Numbered from the stretch's first letter, positions 32,284 through 42,082 are shown. The stretch is DNA of 64,000 nucleotides from an uncultured delta proteobacterium (GCA_963826785.1 CAWGYD010000008.1:64001-128000); one strand, 5' to 3'. Numbers and translations: made by a program. The notes: a model not told the origin generated them from the sequence alone.

Positions 32284-33093
32284 CTATGGCAATGGGACGA
32301 ATTTAAAATCGCTTAATAGCCGCTCAAAGCGTCCCATGGTTTTACTGAGATTGTTATAATGCCGGAACCTGGATATAAGCTTCGCCTGTTTAAACCGGGG
32401 CTGCTCGCAATCGATTTCCCACGGATGCAGGTAAAACAGGAAAGGTCTTCTTTCTTTCTTGTTTATTCGTTTAAGGGCAAGTCGGGTGAGCCAGTAGGGA
32501 AATAATCTGAAATACCCCCCCCCGGCGATTGGAATTTTTTGTCCGCAAAAGAGTGCCGTGCTGATCGGAAATTCCACCATACCCTTCTGGGGCAGGTTAT
32601 AGCGAAAACGCGGGGATTCAGGAATTCCGCATACATCATGCAAGATCGGAAAGATGCTCGAATCAGTGGTGAACCCCAGTTCTTCAAGAATATCCAGCGC
32701 CCACAGCGACTTTTTGGTAATCGAATAGCTCGGGGCCCGATAGGATGTGATTTTTTTGCAGCAAATGCTTTCCAAAATGGTTTTTGCCTTAAGCGTATCT
32801 TCCCGGAACTCTTCCGGTGTAAGGTCATATATTTTTCGGTGCCAGAAGCTGTGGCATCCGATTTCATGCTTGTCGGCCATAATGGATCGAACGATCCGCG
32901 GATGCTTTTCAGCAATCCATCCCACGACAAAAAACGTCGCCTTTACCCGGTGTTTTTTCAGCAATCCCAGGATGAGGGTTGTGTTTGCATGAATCCGCTG
33001 ATCCATGGCATCCCAGTCGGCAGGAGAGATGATATCCCCGAACGCTGAAACCTGAAAATAATCCTCAACATCTATGGTCAGGTAATTATTCAC
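32284..33093 (-). CDS. XrtA-system polysaccharide deacetylase (DUF3473-type)
   Basis: LTIDVEDYFQV, HEIGCH, YRAPSYSI, GGGYFRL, YLHPWEID. Confidence 0.9.
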   Translation of the reverse strand: MNNYLTIDVEDYFQVSAFGDIISPADWDAMDQRIHANTTLILGLLKKHRVKATFFVVGWIAEKHPRIVRSIMADKHEIGCHSFWHRKIYDLTPEEFREDTLKAKTILESICCKKITSYRAPSYSITKKSLWALDILEELGFTTDSSIFPILHDVCGIPESPRFRYNLPQKGMVEFPISTALFCGQKIPIAGGGYFRLFPYWLTRLALKRINKKERRPFLFYLHPWEIDCEQPRFKQAKLISRFRHYNNLSKTMGRFERLLSDFKFVPLP

Positions 33094-33113
33094 TTAGCAG
33101 TGCAATAAAACAT

Positions 33114-33668
33114 CTAATGGACGGGTTCGACGCAGTGTTCATCAATTTCAACCGATAGGGCCTGCATGATGCTGCTGATTGAAATTACCAGCCTGCAATG
33201 CCTGTCTTTTCGAACGATCATACCTTCGATATCTTTCATCGGCCCTGTTTTGATGCGGACCCGCTGCCCTTCCTGCGTAAAATCCCAGGGAAGCACCGGA
33301 GCGCCTCCTGACAGAGTTTGCTGGACCTGGCCCAACTCTCCGATGAGTTGTTTTTGATCTTTAACTTCAATCATCCGGGCTATGTGATTGGATTTAAATG
33401 CCTTGTGACGGTCCGCATCGTCTGCCTTGAGAAAAAGGTATCCACTGAAAAGCGGCACCTGGCTGAAACGGATACGGTTTTGACTGATCTGGCGCTTTTG
33501 AAACATTGGCAAATAGTAGCCGATGTTTGCTTGCTCCAGGTAATTGGCCAGCGCTTTTTCACGCCGGCTTTTGGTATGGACCACCCGCCATGGATTATCA
33601 TCTTTGCTGCAGATCAAGATGTCATTCGGGAAGAGCGGCTTCGGATTTTGTCCAGTACTTAGCGTCAT
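33114..33668 (-). CDS. NusG-paralog antiterminator (RfaH/UpxY/LoaP-like)
   Basis: W.VVHTKSRREK, PLFSGYLF, KOW motif GQRVRIKTGPMKDIEG. Confidence 0.88.
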   Translation of the reverse strand: MTLSTGQNPKPLFPNDILICSKDDNPWRVVHTKSRREKALANYLEQANIGYYLPMFQKRQISQNRIRFSQVPLFSGYLFLKADDADRHKAFKSNHIARMIEVKDQKQLIGELGQVQQTLSGGAPVLPWDFTQEGQRVRIKTGPMKDIEGMIVRKDRHCRLVISISSIMQALSVEIDEHCVEPVH

Positions 33669-33747
33669 GTCACAACTTTTCTAATTGTTTTTCAAAAATA
33701 CCATTTTGCCGTTATCCGATACAAAGCGGCATCCGCTTGCACACATG

Positions 33748-33759
33748 CAAACTACCGCC
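33748..33759 (-). promoter_or_regulatory. ops-like element GGCGGTAGTTTG
   Basis: Exact match to GGCGGTAGnnTG about 80 nt upstream of the NusG-paralog start. Confidence 0.6.
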
Positions 33760-34147
33760 TGGAAGGCAATCTTCTGCGAATAACCCCGCCGAAAACAATA
33801 AGGCCAGCCCCTACCAGCATCATGGTCGAAGGCTCTGGAACGGGTTGTGGATCGCTGGAATTTACAAAATTCATTCTTTTTAGGCCTGCCCGGCCTGCAG
33901 CCCGCGGCGGGATCACCAACTTCTCATTTGCTGAGTGCATCCAATGATATGAAAAACCCGGAAATCGATTCAGGACTGTATGAACATTTAATTCTGAAAA
34001 AATTTCGCTTTCAGTATGATATAGATCAAAATCTTTTGAATACGGGTGATGCCCTGGTTTTTGAAAAGGGGCGGGAACTGCAGCTGCAGAACCTGCAAAA
34101 ATGAAAAAACACACTATTGCTGTCACTATTTTTAAAAGCCGCCTCAT
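33752..34147 (-). CDS. PEP-CTERM protein
   Basis: GGAGGA RBS, signal peptide, C-terminal VPEPSTMMLVGAGLIVFGGVIRRR. Confidence 0.92.
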   Translation of the reverse strand: MRRLLKIVTAIVCFFIFAGSAAAVPAPFQKPGHHPYSKDFDLYHTESEIFSELNVHTVLNRFPGFSYHWMHSANEKLVIPPRAAGRAGLKRMNFVNSSDPQPVPEPSTMMLVGAGLIVFGGVIRRRLPSRR

Positions 34148-34186
34148 GGCCGTATCCTCCTTTTTTTCGTAATAATATACACATAG

Positions 34187-34202
34187 AGCAATTCCCATGC
34201 CA
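34187..34202 (-). promoter_or_regulatory. Sigma-54 (-24/-12) promoter
   Basis: TGGCATGGGAATTGCT upstream of the PEP-CTERM gene. Confidence 0.8.
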
Positions 34203-34225
34203 TGGCGTCGGGCAGAGATCCTATC

Positions 34226-34241
34226 TGTAAAAATGGCGACA
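34226..34241 (-). promoter_or_regulatory. Putative PrsR/PEP-CTERM-box site
   Basis: TGTCGCCATTTTTACA; related sites at 47073-47089 and 47767-47783. Confidence 0.5.
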
Positions 34242-34329
34242 TCTCCCTGAATTCATGAACTTAATTTTTGTGAAAAAAAGAATTTTTGGTAACTAAAATG
34301 AAGGGGGGGAAATCCTTTAATGCGGTTTT

Positions 34330-34511
34330 TTCCGAAAATTCGGAAAAATTTTCAGGTGAATCGAATCATTGCTTGATAAATTTATATCAATAGGGTCAAA
34401 GGTCAGTATCCCATTGTCTTACTTCGTTTTTCGATGGTATTTTCGGAAATCTACATAGATTTGATTTTTGAGAATTTCCGGAAATCAGGAATTTTTTCCG
34501 ATTTTCCGGAA
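34330..34511. promoter_or_regulatory. Three TTCCG-N6-(C/A)GGAA inverted repeats, putative enhancer sites
   Basis: 34330-34345, 34476-34491 and 34496-34511. Confidence 0.55.
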
Positions 34512-34615
34512 AAACCCGTGTGAGAGGGCTCTATGTTTGCCGGAAAGAATACAATATTGGCGCGTTAAATCGGAGGGAATCAATCGTATCAGAGAAAAAT
34601 GAATGGCGACGCTTC

Positions 34616-35167
34616 TCAAATCTCACATTCAATGGGCATAAGATAGGGCGGTCTCGCTCTCATCTCTTTGAAGATGAGCCCTGTTTCGAAACATTCCATA
34701 ATATTTTCAATAACTCTGTGCCAGCAAATCTGTGCAAATCCCTGGAGTTGGGGAATCGTAAAATGATGATCAAAATTATAAATCAGCCACGCACCGGCCG
34801 GAATCTGTTTTCTTGAAAGAATGCGCATGCCGCTTGCGCTGTAATCAATTGTAATTGCCATTTCAGCAAAATCGTTCGTCAGATTGCCATCTGAATTGCA
34901 GGAACGGATCAGGACTTTTTGCTGAATCAAATTTCTTTTAAACTGCCGCCTGCTTCCGTTAATGTCTTTTACCGAAAGCGTTTTCTCTTTTTTCAGTTCC
35001 CGAGACTTTTCATAAAACCGGCATTTTGAATATATGGGAGAAAGGCAATGCGTGAGGAGGTTTTCTTTTGAAGGCAGGTAAAATCCATCAGTGCACAGAC
35101 TGCATGTTTGCATGTCCTGTAAAAAATATGGACATCTCCCTACAATACTGTTTTCCGATTCCTGCAT
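34616..35167 (-). CDS. PilZ-domain protein with Cys-rich N-terminus
   Basis: RRQFKR (RxxxR) and DYSASG (DxSxxG); N-terminal CPY..C..C..C..C. Confidence 0.8.
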   Translation of the reverse strand: MQESENSIVGRCPYFLQDMQTCSLCTDGFYLPSKENLLTHCLSPIYSKCRFYEKSRELKKEKTLSVKDINGSRRQFKRNLIQQKVLIRSCNSDGNLTNDFAEMAITIDYSASGMRILSRKQIPAGAWLIYNFDHHFTIPQLQGFAQICWHRVIENIMECFETGLIFKEMRARPPYLMPIECEI

Positions 35168-35243
35168 GATGTATCAGCCACCTTGCGCCGCTGGCAATGA
35201 TAAGGGAAAATCACAGGCATCAATTTCTGCCCCCCATCTGCAA

Positions 35244-35259
35244 TGCAAAGCGAATGCCA
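35244..35259 (-). promoter_or_regulatory. Sigma-54 promoter
   Basis: TGGCATTCGCTTTGCA directly after the regulator stop, upstream of the PilZ gene. Confidence 0.7.
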
Positions 35260-36846
35260 TCAATTGCAAATTTGCTTGAATTTCTTTGGATTTATTCCGT
35301 AACGTTTCATTTTTTCGTAAAAAGTCGTTTTTGACAGGCATAATTGATTTGCCGCATCATCTATCTTCCAGTTGCAGTTTCTGAGCGCCCCGGAAATCAT
35401 TTCTGCCTCAAAAATAGAAACACTCTCCTTGAGAGACAGATCATTCAGTTTTTCAAATAGTTGCTCAGGAACTAATTGAGACTTCAGGGGTTGAGCTTCA
35501 AGTTTAAGACCCAGATCATTTGGTGCAATCATTCCATTTTTGGACAGCAGCACAGCGCGCTTAATGACATTATCCAACTCCCGGATGTTGCCAGGCCAGT
35601 TATATTCCAATAACAGTTCCATCACACTCGTAGGCAGAAAAGTGATTTCCTTATTGTAGCGCTCCCTGTATTTGACAAGAAAATTCGTTGATAACAGGAC
35701 AATATCTTCCTTGCGTTCGCGAAGCGGCACCTGGTGCAGGTTGATCACATTTAGACGATAATACAGATCTTCACGGAATGTGCCGGCTTTTACGGCAGCG
35801 CTTAAGTCCTTGTTCGTGGCGGCAATTATCCTGACATCCACTGAGATCGGTTTGTTCGAACCCAAACGGAAAAGCTGCCCATCCTGGAGCACACGCAGCA
35901 GGGAAGCTTGCATCTTGGGGCTGATATCTCCGATTTCATCAAGAAAGATGGTCCCCCCGTCTGCCTCCTCGAATTTACCCTTGCGGCCTGTTGCCGCCCC
36001 GGTGAAAGCGCCTTTTTCAAAGCCAAAGAGATCACTTTCGAGTAAGCTTTCCGCAACAGCAGAGCAGTTAAACCGAATATAGCGCTTATCCGCCCGGCTG
36101 CTCTGCTGCTGAACCAGATCCGCCACCAGCTCCTTGCCCGTTCCTGATTCTCCGGTTATCAGAATAGTGGCATCAGAATCCGCCACTTGATAGATCAACT
36201 CCCGGATTGCACGGATCGGCTTGCTTTCGCCAATCATTTTCTCCCTGCCGATCAGCCCTTCGGTTTCTTTCTTTAAAAAATTGATTTCAGAATACAGCTG
36301 CTGTCTTTCCATCTCATTTTCTTTCAGAGCGGCGATTCTTTCCCTTAAAACGGCTTCGATATTCTTGCTGTATTTTTCCAGCTCGAGTTCATGCAATTTT
36401 TTCTGCGTTACGTCTCTTAGAATCAATAAGTTGAGATTGTCCTTGCGGTATCCGATGAAAGGGACATAGCCATATTCCACGTAGAAAGGACCGGTAAGCG
36501 TTCTTTCAAACATCTGGCCATACCGCTGCTCGGAATTCTGGCACCTGAAAGGGCATAAATCCGTTTCGCAGGGACTTTCGAGTCCGGCGATCACCTGGTA
36601 ACATCTATTGCCTTGCTGATTGCCAAATCGGGATTTTGCCGCCGTATTCATGCGCTCGATCAGAAAATTATCTCTTATGATCAGAAGCATATCCGGCAAT
36701 AAATCGAAAAGCACTTTTGTGTTTTGCGCCAGACGATCGATTTCCTTGTCAATGCTTATGACTCTTTCCCGCATGGAGGCCATCTCGACTAACCCGGTTT
36801 TTTTCATCATCGGCGAATGCAGTAAGGAATCGTTAAATTGCACCAT
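35260..36846 (-). CDS. Sigma-54-dependent activator (PAS-like + AAA+ + Fis HTH)
   Basis: GESGTGKE, GAFTGA, FLDEIG, WPGNIREL; no receiver domain. Confidence 0.93.
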   Translation of the reverse strand: MVQFNDSLLHSPMMKKTGLVEMASMRERVISIDKEIDRLAQNTKVLFDLLPDMLLIIRDNFLIERMNTAAKSRFGNQQGNRCYQVIAGLESPCETDLCPFRCQNSEQRYGQMFERTLTGPFYVEYGYVPFIGYRKDNLNLLILRDVTQKKLHELELEKYSKNIEAVLRERIAALKENEMERQQLYSEINFLKKETEGLIGREKMIGESKPIRAIRELIYQVADSDATILITGESGTGKELVADLVQQQSSRADKRYIRFNCSAVAESLLESDLFGFEKGAFTGAATGRKGKFEEADGGTIFLDEIGDISPKMQASLLRVLQDGQLFRLGSNKPISVDVRIIAATNKDLSAAVKAGTFREDLYYRLNVINLHQVPLRERKEDIVLLSTNFLVKYRERYNKEITFLPTSVMELLLEYNWPGNIRELDNVIKRAVLLSKNGMIAPNDLGLKLEAQPLKSQLVPEQLFEKLNDLSLKESVSIFEAEMISGALRNCNWKIDDAANQLCLSKTTFYEKMKRYGINPKKFKQICN

Positions 36847-36848
36847 CT

Positions 36849-38228
36849 CTACCGAGCGCCTTTCTGATACAGAACCACTTTAATTGTCTGAAAAATTGTC
36901 AAAAAATCTATGCCGGTGGAAAGGTTTTTGATGTAATACAAATCATATTCAAGCTTGCGCAATGCATCTTGAACAGAGGACCCATAAGGGTAGTAAATCT
37001 GAGCCAAACCGGTAATCCCCGGCTTGATCACATGCCGATTATTATAATACGGTATGTCTTTTGCCAGCGCTTCGACAAATACAGGCCGCTCCGGCCGGGG
37101 TCCGACAAAACTCATGTCTCCCTTGAGCACATTGATCAATTGCGGCAGTTCGTCGATCCGAAATTTCCGGATAAATCTGCCGACTTTCGTTATCCGGCTA
37201 TCGTCCTTGGCGGCCCATATCGGTCCGTTTAATTCTGCGCTCTCGACCATTGAACGAAATTTTATGATCTGAAAAGTTTTCCCATTTTCACCAACGCGCT
37301 CCTGGCGGTAAAATATTCGTCCATTGGTTTCAAGTTTGATCATTAGCGCACATACCAGGAAAACCGGCAGCGTAATGATAAACAATGTCGCAGCGGCCAG
37401 TACATCCAGGATGCGCTTTATCATCCTTCTAAACCGGCTGATGTGGAATCCCTCTGAAAAAACGATCCATGAAGGGTTCACCCATTCCACTGGAACTTTC
37501 CCGACCAATTCTTCATAAAACCTTGCAGCTTGTATGATTTCAACTCCAAGAAATTTAAATTGAATAAGTGTATGCAATGGCATTCCGCGCTTTTCATCCA
37601 GCGCCACCACGATCTTCCCTATGGCGTGACGCTGGCAAAGTTCCCGCAAGTCTTCCACCTCGCCAAAAACAGGCAATTCCCTTGGCAAACCAGTACCAAC
37701 CCGGTCTCCGACAAGGGCAATGATCTTATAACCGGAATCCTTTTTCTTTTCGATTTCTTCTATGATTTCTCGCGCATAAACGCCTGTGCCGATTATCGCG
37801 ATCGGTTTGACAAACATCCGGTTTTCAAGAATTTTGAAATAAAAAAAACGCCAGAAAAAAACCGCAAGGCCGATAGCGGATATCCCGTACCAGAAAATCC
37901 GATCGGAAATATTTACAATTGGAAACAAATGATAAATCAACGCCAGTATGATGCAGCCCAGACCAAATGTCTGGGCCACCTTCAACATGTGGTCAGAGAT
38001 TGTGGGAAGTATTTTAAGATCGTACAAATCAAAATAGTAAAAGCACAAATGAAATACCAGGGTGACAATAAATGCCCGCAAGAGATAAAGAGAGATTAAC
38101 GCCTCAAATTCTGATGTCCCCGCCCAGGCAATAAATACGATGTTTATGATGAGAAAAATTAAAATTCCCTCACCAAATATGAACAGCAGATTTCTCCACG
38201 GATAATATCTTTTAAGAATATGCGGCAT
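36849..38228 (-). CDS. PEP-CTERM-system priming sugar transferase (polyprenyl glycosylphosphotransferase)
   Basis: KFRSM, RIDELPQL.NVLKGDMSFVGPRPERP, KPGITG; N-terminal TMs. Confidence 0.93.
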   Translation of the reverse strand: MPHILKRYYPWRNLLFIFGEGILIFLIINIVFIAWAGTSEFEALISLYLLRAFIVTLVFHLCFYYFDLYDLKILPTISDHMLKVAQTFGLGCIILALIYHLFPIVNISDRIFWYGISAIGLAVFFWRFFYFKILENRMFVKPIAIIGTGVYAREIIEEIEKKKDSGYKIIALVGDRVGTGLPRELPVFGEVEDLRELCQRHAIGKIVVALDEKRGMPLHTLIQFKFLGVEIIQAARFYEELVGKVPVEWVNPSWIVFSEGFHISRFRRMIKRILDVLAAATLFIITLPVFLVCALMIKLETNGRIFYRQERVGENGKTFQIIKFRSMVESAELNGPIWAAKDDSRITKVGRFIRKFRIDELPQLINVLKGDMSFVGPRPERPVFVEALAKDIPYYNNRHVIKPGITGLAQIYYPYGSSVQDALRKLEYDLYYIKNLSTGIDFLTIFQTIKVVLYQKGAR

Positions 38229-38253
38229 GATTAAAAGCCCTAAAGGATTAACT

Positions 38254-39094
38254 TCAATAGTGGTAATATCCGTTTCCTTTTTTTCTGGACAGGAAGCTCT
38301 CTATTTTGTTTTCAGGGCATGCATTAAATACCAGTCCCACGATTTTTTCAGGCCCTATCGTATCTGCAAACTTTTTAATCTGTTCTCTGCTTGAAACACC
38401 GTGGCGAACCACAAGAATAACGCCGTCAATATGTTTGGCCAGCACACTCGTTTCAGAAGCCACGCCGACAGGCGGGCTGTCAAAGAGGAAAATACTTTCC
38501 GGATACCGGTCCGCGAGTTCGTGAATAAATGAGATCATTTTGCCCGAACTCAGCAGTTCGGATGGATTTGACGGCGATTTGCCGCTCGGAATCAGCGAAA
38601 GTTTCGGCTGTCCCGTTTTTCTGACGAACAGCGAAACATCGGCATCATCCTGCAAATAATCGACCAGACCGGCTTCATTGGTAATTCCAAATAACGGGGC
38701 GATGGCGGGGCGTCTAAAATCACAGTCCAGGATCATGGCGCGATACCCCAGGTCTTGAGAAATCGCGATGCCTAAATTCGCGCACACAAATCCCTTGCCC
38801 TCATGCGGCATTATACTGGTAACGAGCAGTGTTTTGCACTTGCGCTCCAGGGATGAATCCAGAACTGCGAACCCTAAGACGGCGTAAATTCTCAAAAAAA
38901 GGAGAATTCTGTTTTATGGCAAGCTGCAAACGGGCGTCCCAGTGGTCACACCGGAAAAATTCGAGATCTGAAGCATCTTCCATAAAGGCGGCAGATCTTT
39001 CCCCAAATTGAGAATTGATTTCACTTGATGGGACAAAATTCATCGCACGTTTTTTTCGAGATGTTTTTTCAAATGCCTTCGACAGCTTGCCCAT
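38254..39094 (-). CDS. CpsD/CapB-type tyrosine kinase (Wzc C-domain), frameshifted at GGG 38872-38874
   Basis: MGKLSKAFEK..ENLRRLR joins FAVLD..EGKGF..DCDFRRP..FDSPP; Tyr tail GYYHY. Confidence 0.85.
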
Positions 39095-39183
39095 GTTTAA
39101 TCCTCATTGTGAATTGAACGTGCAAATCCATCTCTTTTTCTAAAAACCGGCCGTACGCGACACCAAAGTCATATTTCCGGTTT

Positions 39184-40767
39184 CTATGCAAAAATAAGTG
39201 CCCCGGTACTCCAGAAATACAGGGTTGCCGTAATCAATGCCAGTACCCAGATGGCAAAAAAGAGATACCACAAAATATTTTTGATTTTCTGGCGTTTAAG
39301 TTCAAAATCGGTAAAAATCAGTGGCAAGGTACAGGTCACGGGTATTTGCAAATAATCTTCCATTTCTTTCTGGTTTTTAAAAGAAGGATCTAAGAAATCA
39401 ATACCCAGAACGAGTACTGCGCCCACCGCAAGCCCGATCGCCATTGACGAGATCAAGATCTTCAAAAAAGATCCTTTAACAGGTGTCTCCGGTAAATATG
39501 CGGGATCCACGATCTTGAATTGACTTCCTTTCTGCCGTATTTCCAAACTTTCGGCGGCTTCGGCCGCCAGGCTCTGCGCCACGAGGGCGTCATGATATCT
39601 TTTGAGTTCATCATAGTCTCTCGTCAAATCCGACCATTCGGCTTCACGGATCGGCGATGCATCTATCCATTTCTGATAGGTTTTAATCTGGCTCAGAATG
39701 TTTTCGCTCTCTTTTCGCAGGTTTTTCAGATCCAGATCAATCTCCTTTAACTGGATCGAAAGTTCCTGGATGCGCGGATCAACCGCCTCCATAACGGACA
39801 CGGCTTCTTTGCTGTCCGGGTCTTTGAAATTTGAAATTTCGGATTCAAGATTTTCGATCCGCTTTTCTATTCGCCTGACACTCGGATGCTGTTTCGTATA
39901 CCTTGCCAGCAATTCATTTCGGCTATTGCGCGCATTGGCAAGTTCAGTCTGGAGTAAGCCTGCCTTGGTTTCAGGCACAGCGACATCAGCATTAAAAGCC
40001 GCTTTTTGAAGGTTTTTACGGACTTCAAGCTGCTCCGAGGCAAGCAGACGGGTTTGTTCAAGCCCCTGAATATTTGTCTGTATCGCCTGAAACTGCGACT
40101 GCAACGTATTTAACCGGGTGACATTCGAGGCGCGCTGATCGCGCATTTCATTGTAATATTTCAGTTTATAATCCCGCATTTGGGATTCTTTTTCATGAAG
40201 GGTGACTTTGGACATTCGAAGTTCCTCCTGGATATAAGAGGCCCTTTCCCTTGCCCGCTCCTCCCTTACGCGAATATTTTCCTCAATGAATTTCGCCGCC
40301 AGTGCGTTGGTGACCTGCCTGACGGTATTCGGATTCTTGCCTCTGAAAGAAATGGTGAAGACATTACCCGTCTTTCGGCCAAGATCGATATCAATCGCGT
40401 TCTTGCGCAGTCGTTCAATGATATCTTCTTTGGCCGCGTTTTCTCGCATTTCAGCGTAGAGATTGAATTCCTCGATTATTTTCTCGAGATTTGTCCGGCT
40501 CAACACCTGCTGGGCGATCGTATTGACCATTTCACCGATTTGCACTTTTTCATCCGGAGACAATCGGGACGGATTTATTCTTTGCTCCTGATAAATAATG
40601 GAAGCACTGGACTGATAGATCTGCGGCGTTCTCAGATAATACGCATACCCGGCAGTGACAGCCAATAAAAGCATCACGATAATCAACTTGTGCCGGCTGA
40701 GTAACAGATTCAAATATTTATATATGATCTGAATCTGGGGTTCCTGTGCATTCATTTGATATCCCAT
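39184..40767 (-). CDS. Polysaccharide co-polymerase (Wzc N-domain/GumC)
   Basis: TMs flanking a long coiled coil; YTKQHPSV, IVDPAYLP. Confidence 0.9.
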   Translation of the reverse strand: MGYQMNAQEPQIQIIYKYLNLLLSRHKLIIVMLLLAVTAGYAYYLRTPQIYQSSASIIYQEQRINPSRLSPDEKVQIGEMVNTIAQQVLSRTNLEKIIEEFNLYAEMRENAAKEDIIERLRKNAIDIDLGRKTGNVFTISFRGKNPNTVRQVTNALAAKFIEENIRVREERARERASYIQEELRMSKVTLHEKESQMRDYKLKYYNEMRDQRASNVTRLNTLQSQFQAIQTNIQGLEQTRLLASEQLEVRKNLQKAAFNADVAVPETKAGLLQTELANARNSRNELLARYTKQHPSVRRIEKRIENLESEISNFKDPDSKEAVSVMEAVDPRIQELSIQLKEIDLDLKNLRKESENILSQIKTYQKWIDASPIREAEWSDLTRDYDELKRYHDALVAQSLAAEAAESLEIRQKGSQFKIVDPAYLPETPVKGSFLKILISSMAIGLAVGAVLVLGIDFLDPSFKNQKEMEDYLQIPVTCTLPLIFTDFELKRQKIKNILWYLFFAIWVLALITATLYFWSTGALIFA

Positions 40768-40813
40768 ATTGAAAAGCCCGGTGTTTTAATGAATAGAGAT
40801 TTCCTCGATGCGG

Positions 40814-41476
40814 TCAGGGGACGACAATCGTATCCCCCGGTCGGATCAGAACCACTTGCCCCAGGCTGTCTCCGCCCAGAAAGTCATCATAATCAAAATA
40901 TAAAATTTTTTCCGATGTCCCCGGTCCGTTTACAATCATGATCCGGGATTTTTTAGCCCATTCAAGGAAACCGCCCGCACGGGCGATTGCCTGAAGAACC
41001 GTTATGGGCTGGGTGATGATGAATTCTCCGGGCTGGCCGACTTGACCGAGAACATAATAGACCTTTTCCCTGCTCGCACTGAGAATGACCGTAACATCTG
41101 CCACCTCGATAAATTTCGTGAGCTTGGCAGATATTTTCTCAGCAAGGGCCGGCGGTGTAAACCCTTCTGCGACTAAATCCCCGGTGAGGGGCAGAGAAAT
41201 TCTGCCATCGCTTCGGATGGTAACGTTTCGAGATATTTCAGGCTCCCCGTGCACGACAATATCCAAAACATCGCCGACGCCCAGTTTATAAATACCTGGA
41301 TCGCTGTCTACGGTTTGCTGCTGCTGGGCCGCAACCGAAGGGCTGCAAATCATGAAAACGGATGCGGCCCAGAAACACATCATCAAATTCAACATTCTGA
41401 GCAACTGATTCGATCTGCAATCCATTTTTTGATTTCTTTTAAGCGCGCCGCCTGCGGCAGAAATTAAGAAAAGCAT
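40814..41476 (-). CDS. wza: Short polysaccharide export (OPX/Wza) protein
   Basis: YKLGVGDVLDI, DGRISLPL.G, V.GQV..PG, AIARAGGF, RPGDTIVVP; start uncertain. Confidence 0.88.
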   Translation of the reverse strand: MLFLISAAGGALKRNQKMDCRSNQLLRMLNLMMCFWAASVFMICSPSVAAQQQQTVDSDPGIYKLGVGDVLDIVVHGEPEISRNVTIRSDGRISLPLTGDLVAEGFTPPALAEKISAKLTKFIEVADVTVILSASREKVYYVLGQVGQPGEFIITQPITVLQAIARAGGFLEWAKKSRIMIVNGPGTSEKILYFDYDDFLGGDSLGQVVLIRPGDTIVVP

Positions 41477-41531
41477 ATTTCACCTGCTCATTACTTGGTT
41501 AGTGTAAATCGTTAAGAACTTTATTTCCTTA

Positions 41532-41560
41532 ATTCTGATATCTCCAGACCATCCTGTCAA
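41532..41560 (-). promoter_or_regulatory. Possible sigma-70 promoter for the wza-wzc operon
   Basis: TTGACA-N17-CAGAAT. Confidence 0.4.
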
Positions 41561-41774
41561 ATGGATCAAAAAAATGAGGTGATCATCAAGATTTCAGTAG
41601 CATCGCCGGTTTTTGCAACTGACAGGGCCGGATGAACTGCATCGCAGCCCATCTCAACAGGTAATATTTTCGAGGGCCGTTTCGATGAAAAAAAATTATG
41701 ACGCCTGCATATCCGGCGACAGGGATTCCGCTGCTTTGACAAAGCGCTTCATCAGGCACAATAAATTTATCCAA

Positions 41775-41937
41775 ATCTGGTTATCCGGAATACTCCAGTT
41801 AGAATTCCGGATTCAAAGTCCCCCTTTGGAAAAGGGGGATTTAGGGGGATTTGGCGCCTCCCGGGAGAAATCCCCCCCGCCCCCCTTTTCAAAAGGGGGG
41901 AGAAAAACGATTACTGGTTTTTTCGGGATAACCAGAT
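41775..41937. mobile_element. MITE family C, copy 2
   Basis: Perfect TIRs ATCTGGTTATCC / GGATAACCAGAT, TSD ATCCAA. Confidence 0.85.
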
Positions 41938-42082
41938 ATCCAAATTCAAAATGGATGATGAATCGAAATCACTTTGTACCGGTAGTGGAAAAGCAAAGTT
42001 TTTAATTCGCGTCAGGTATTACCCGTCTGCAGCACTGTACGTCCTGTTGTCTCAACAGATTGACGAACCATGAGGATTATTT

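Noticed and set aside
34148..34198. Upstream starts for the PEP-CTERM genes (34198 and 47672)
   Set aside because: They overlap or crowd the sigma-54 promoters; downstream ATGs have an RBS and give proper signal peptides
15553..38878. Programmed +1 frameshifting at CTT-AAG-C and CTT-AGG-G
   Set aside because: Other breaks lack the motif; single-base insertion explains all of them more simply
41613..42005. ORFs 41613-42005, 31981-32208, 32043-32246 and 46517-46771
   Set aside because: Largely translations of MITE sequence
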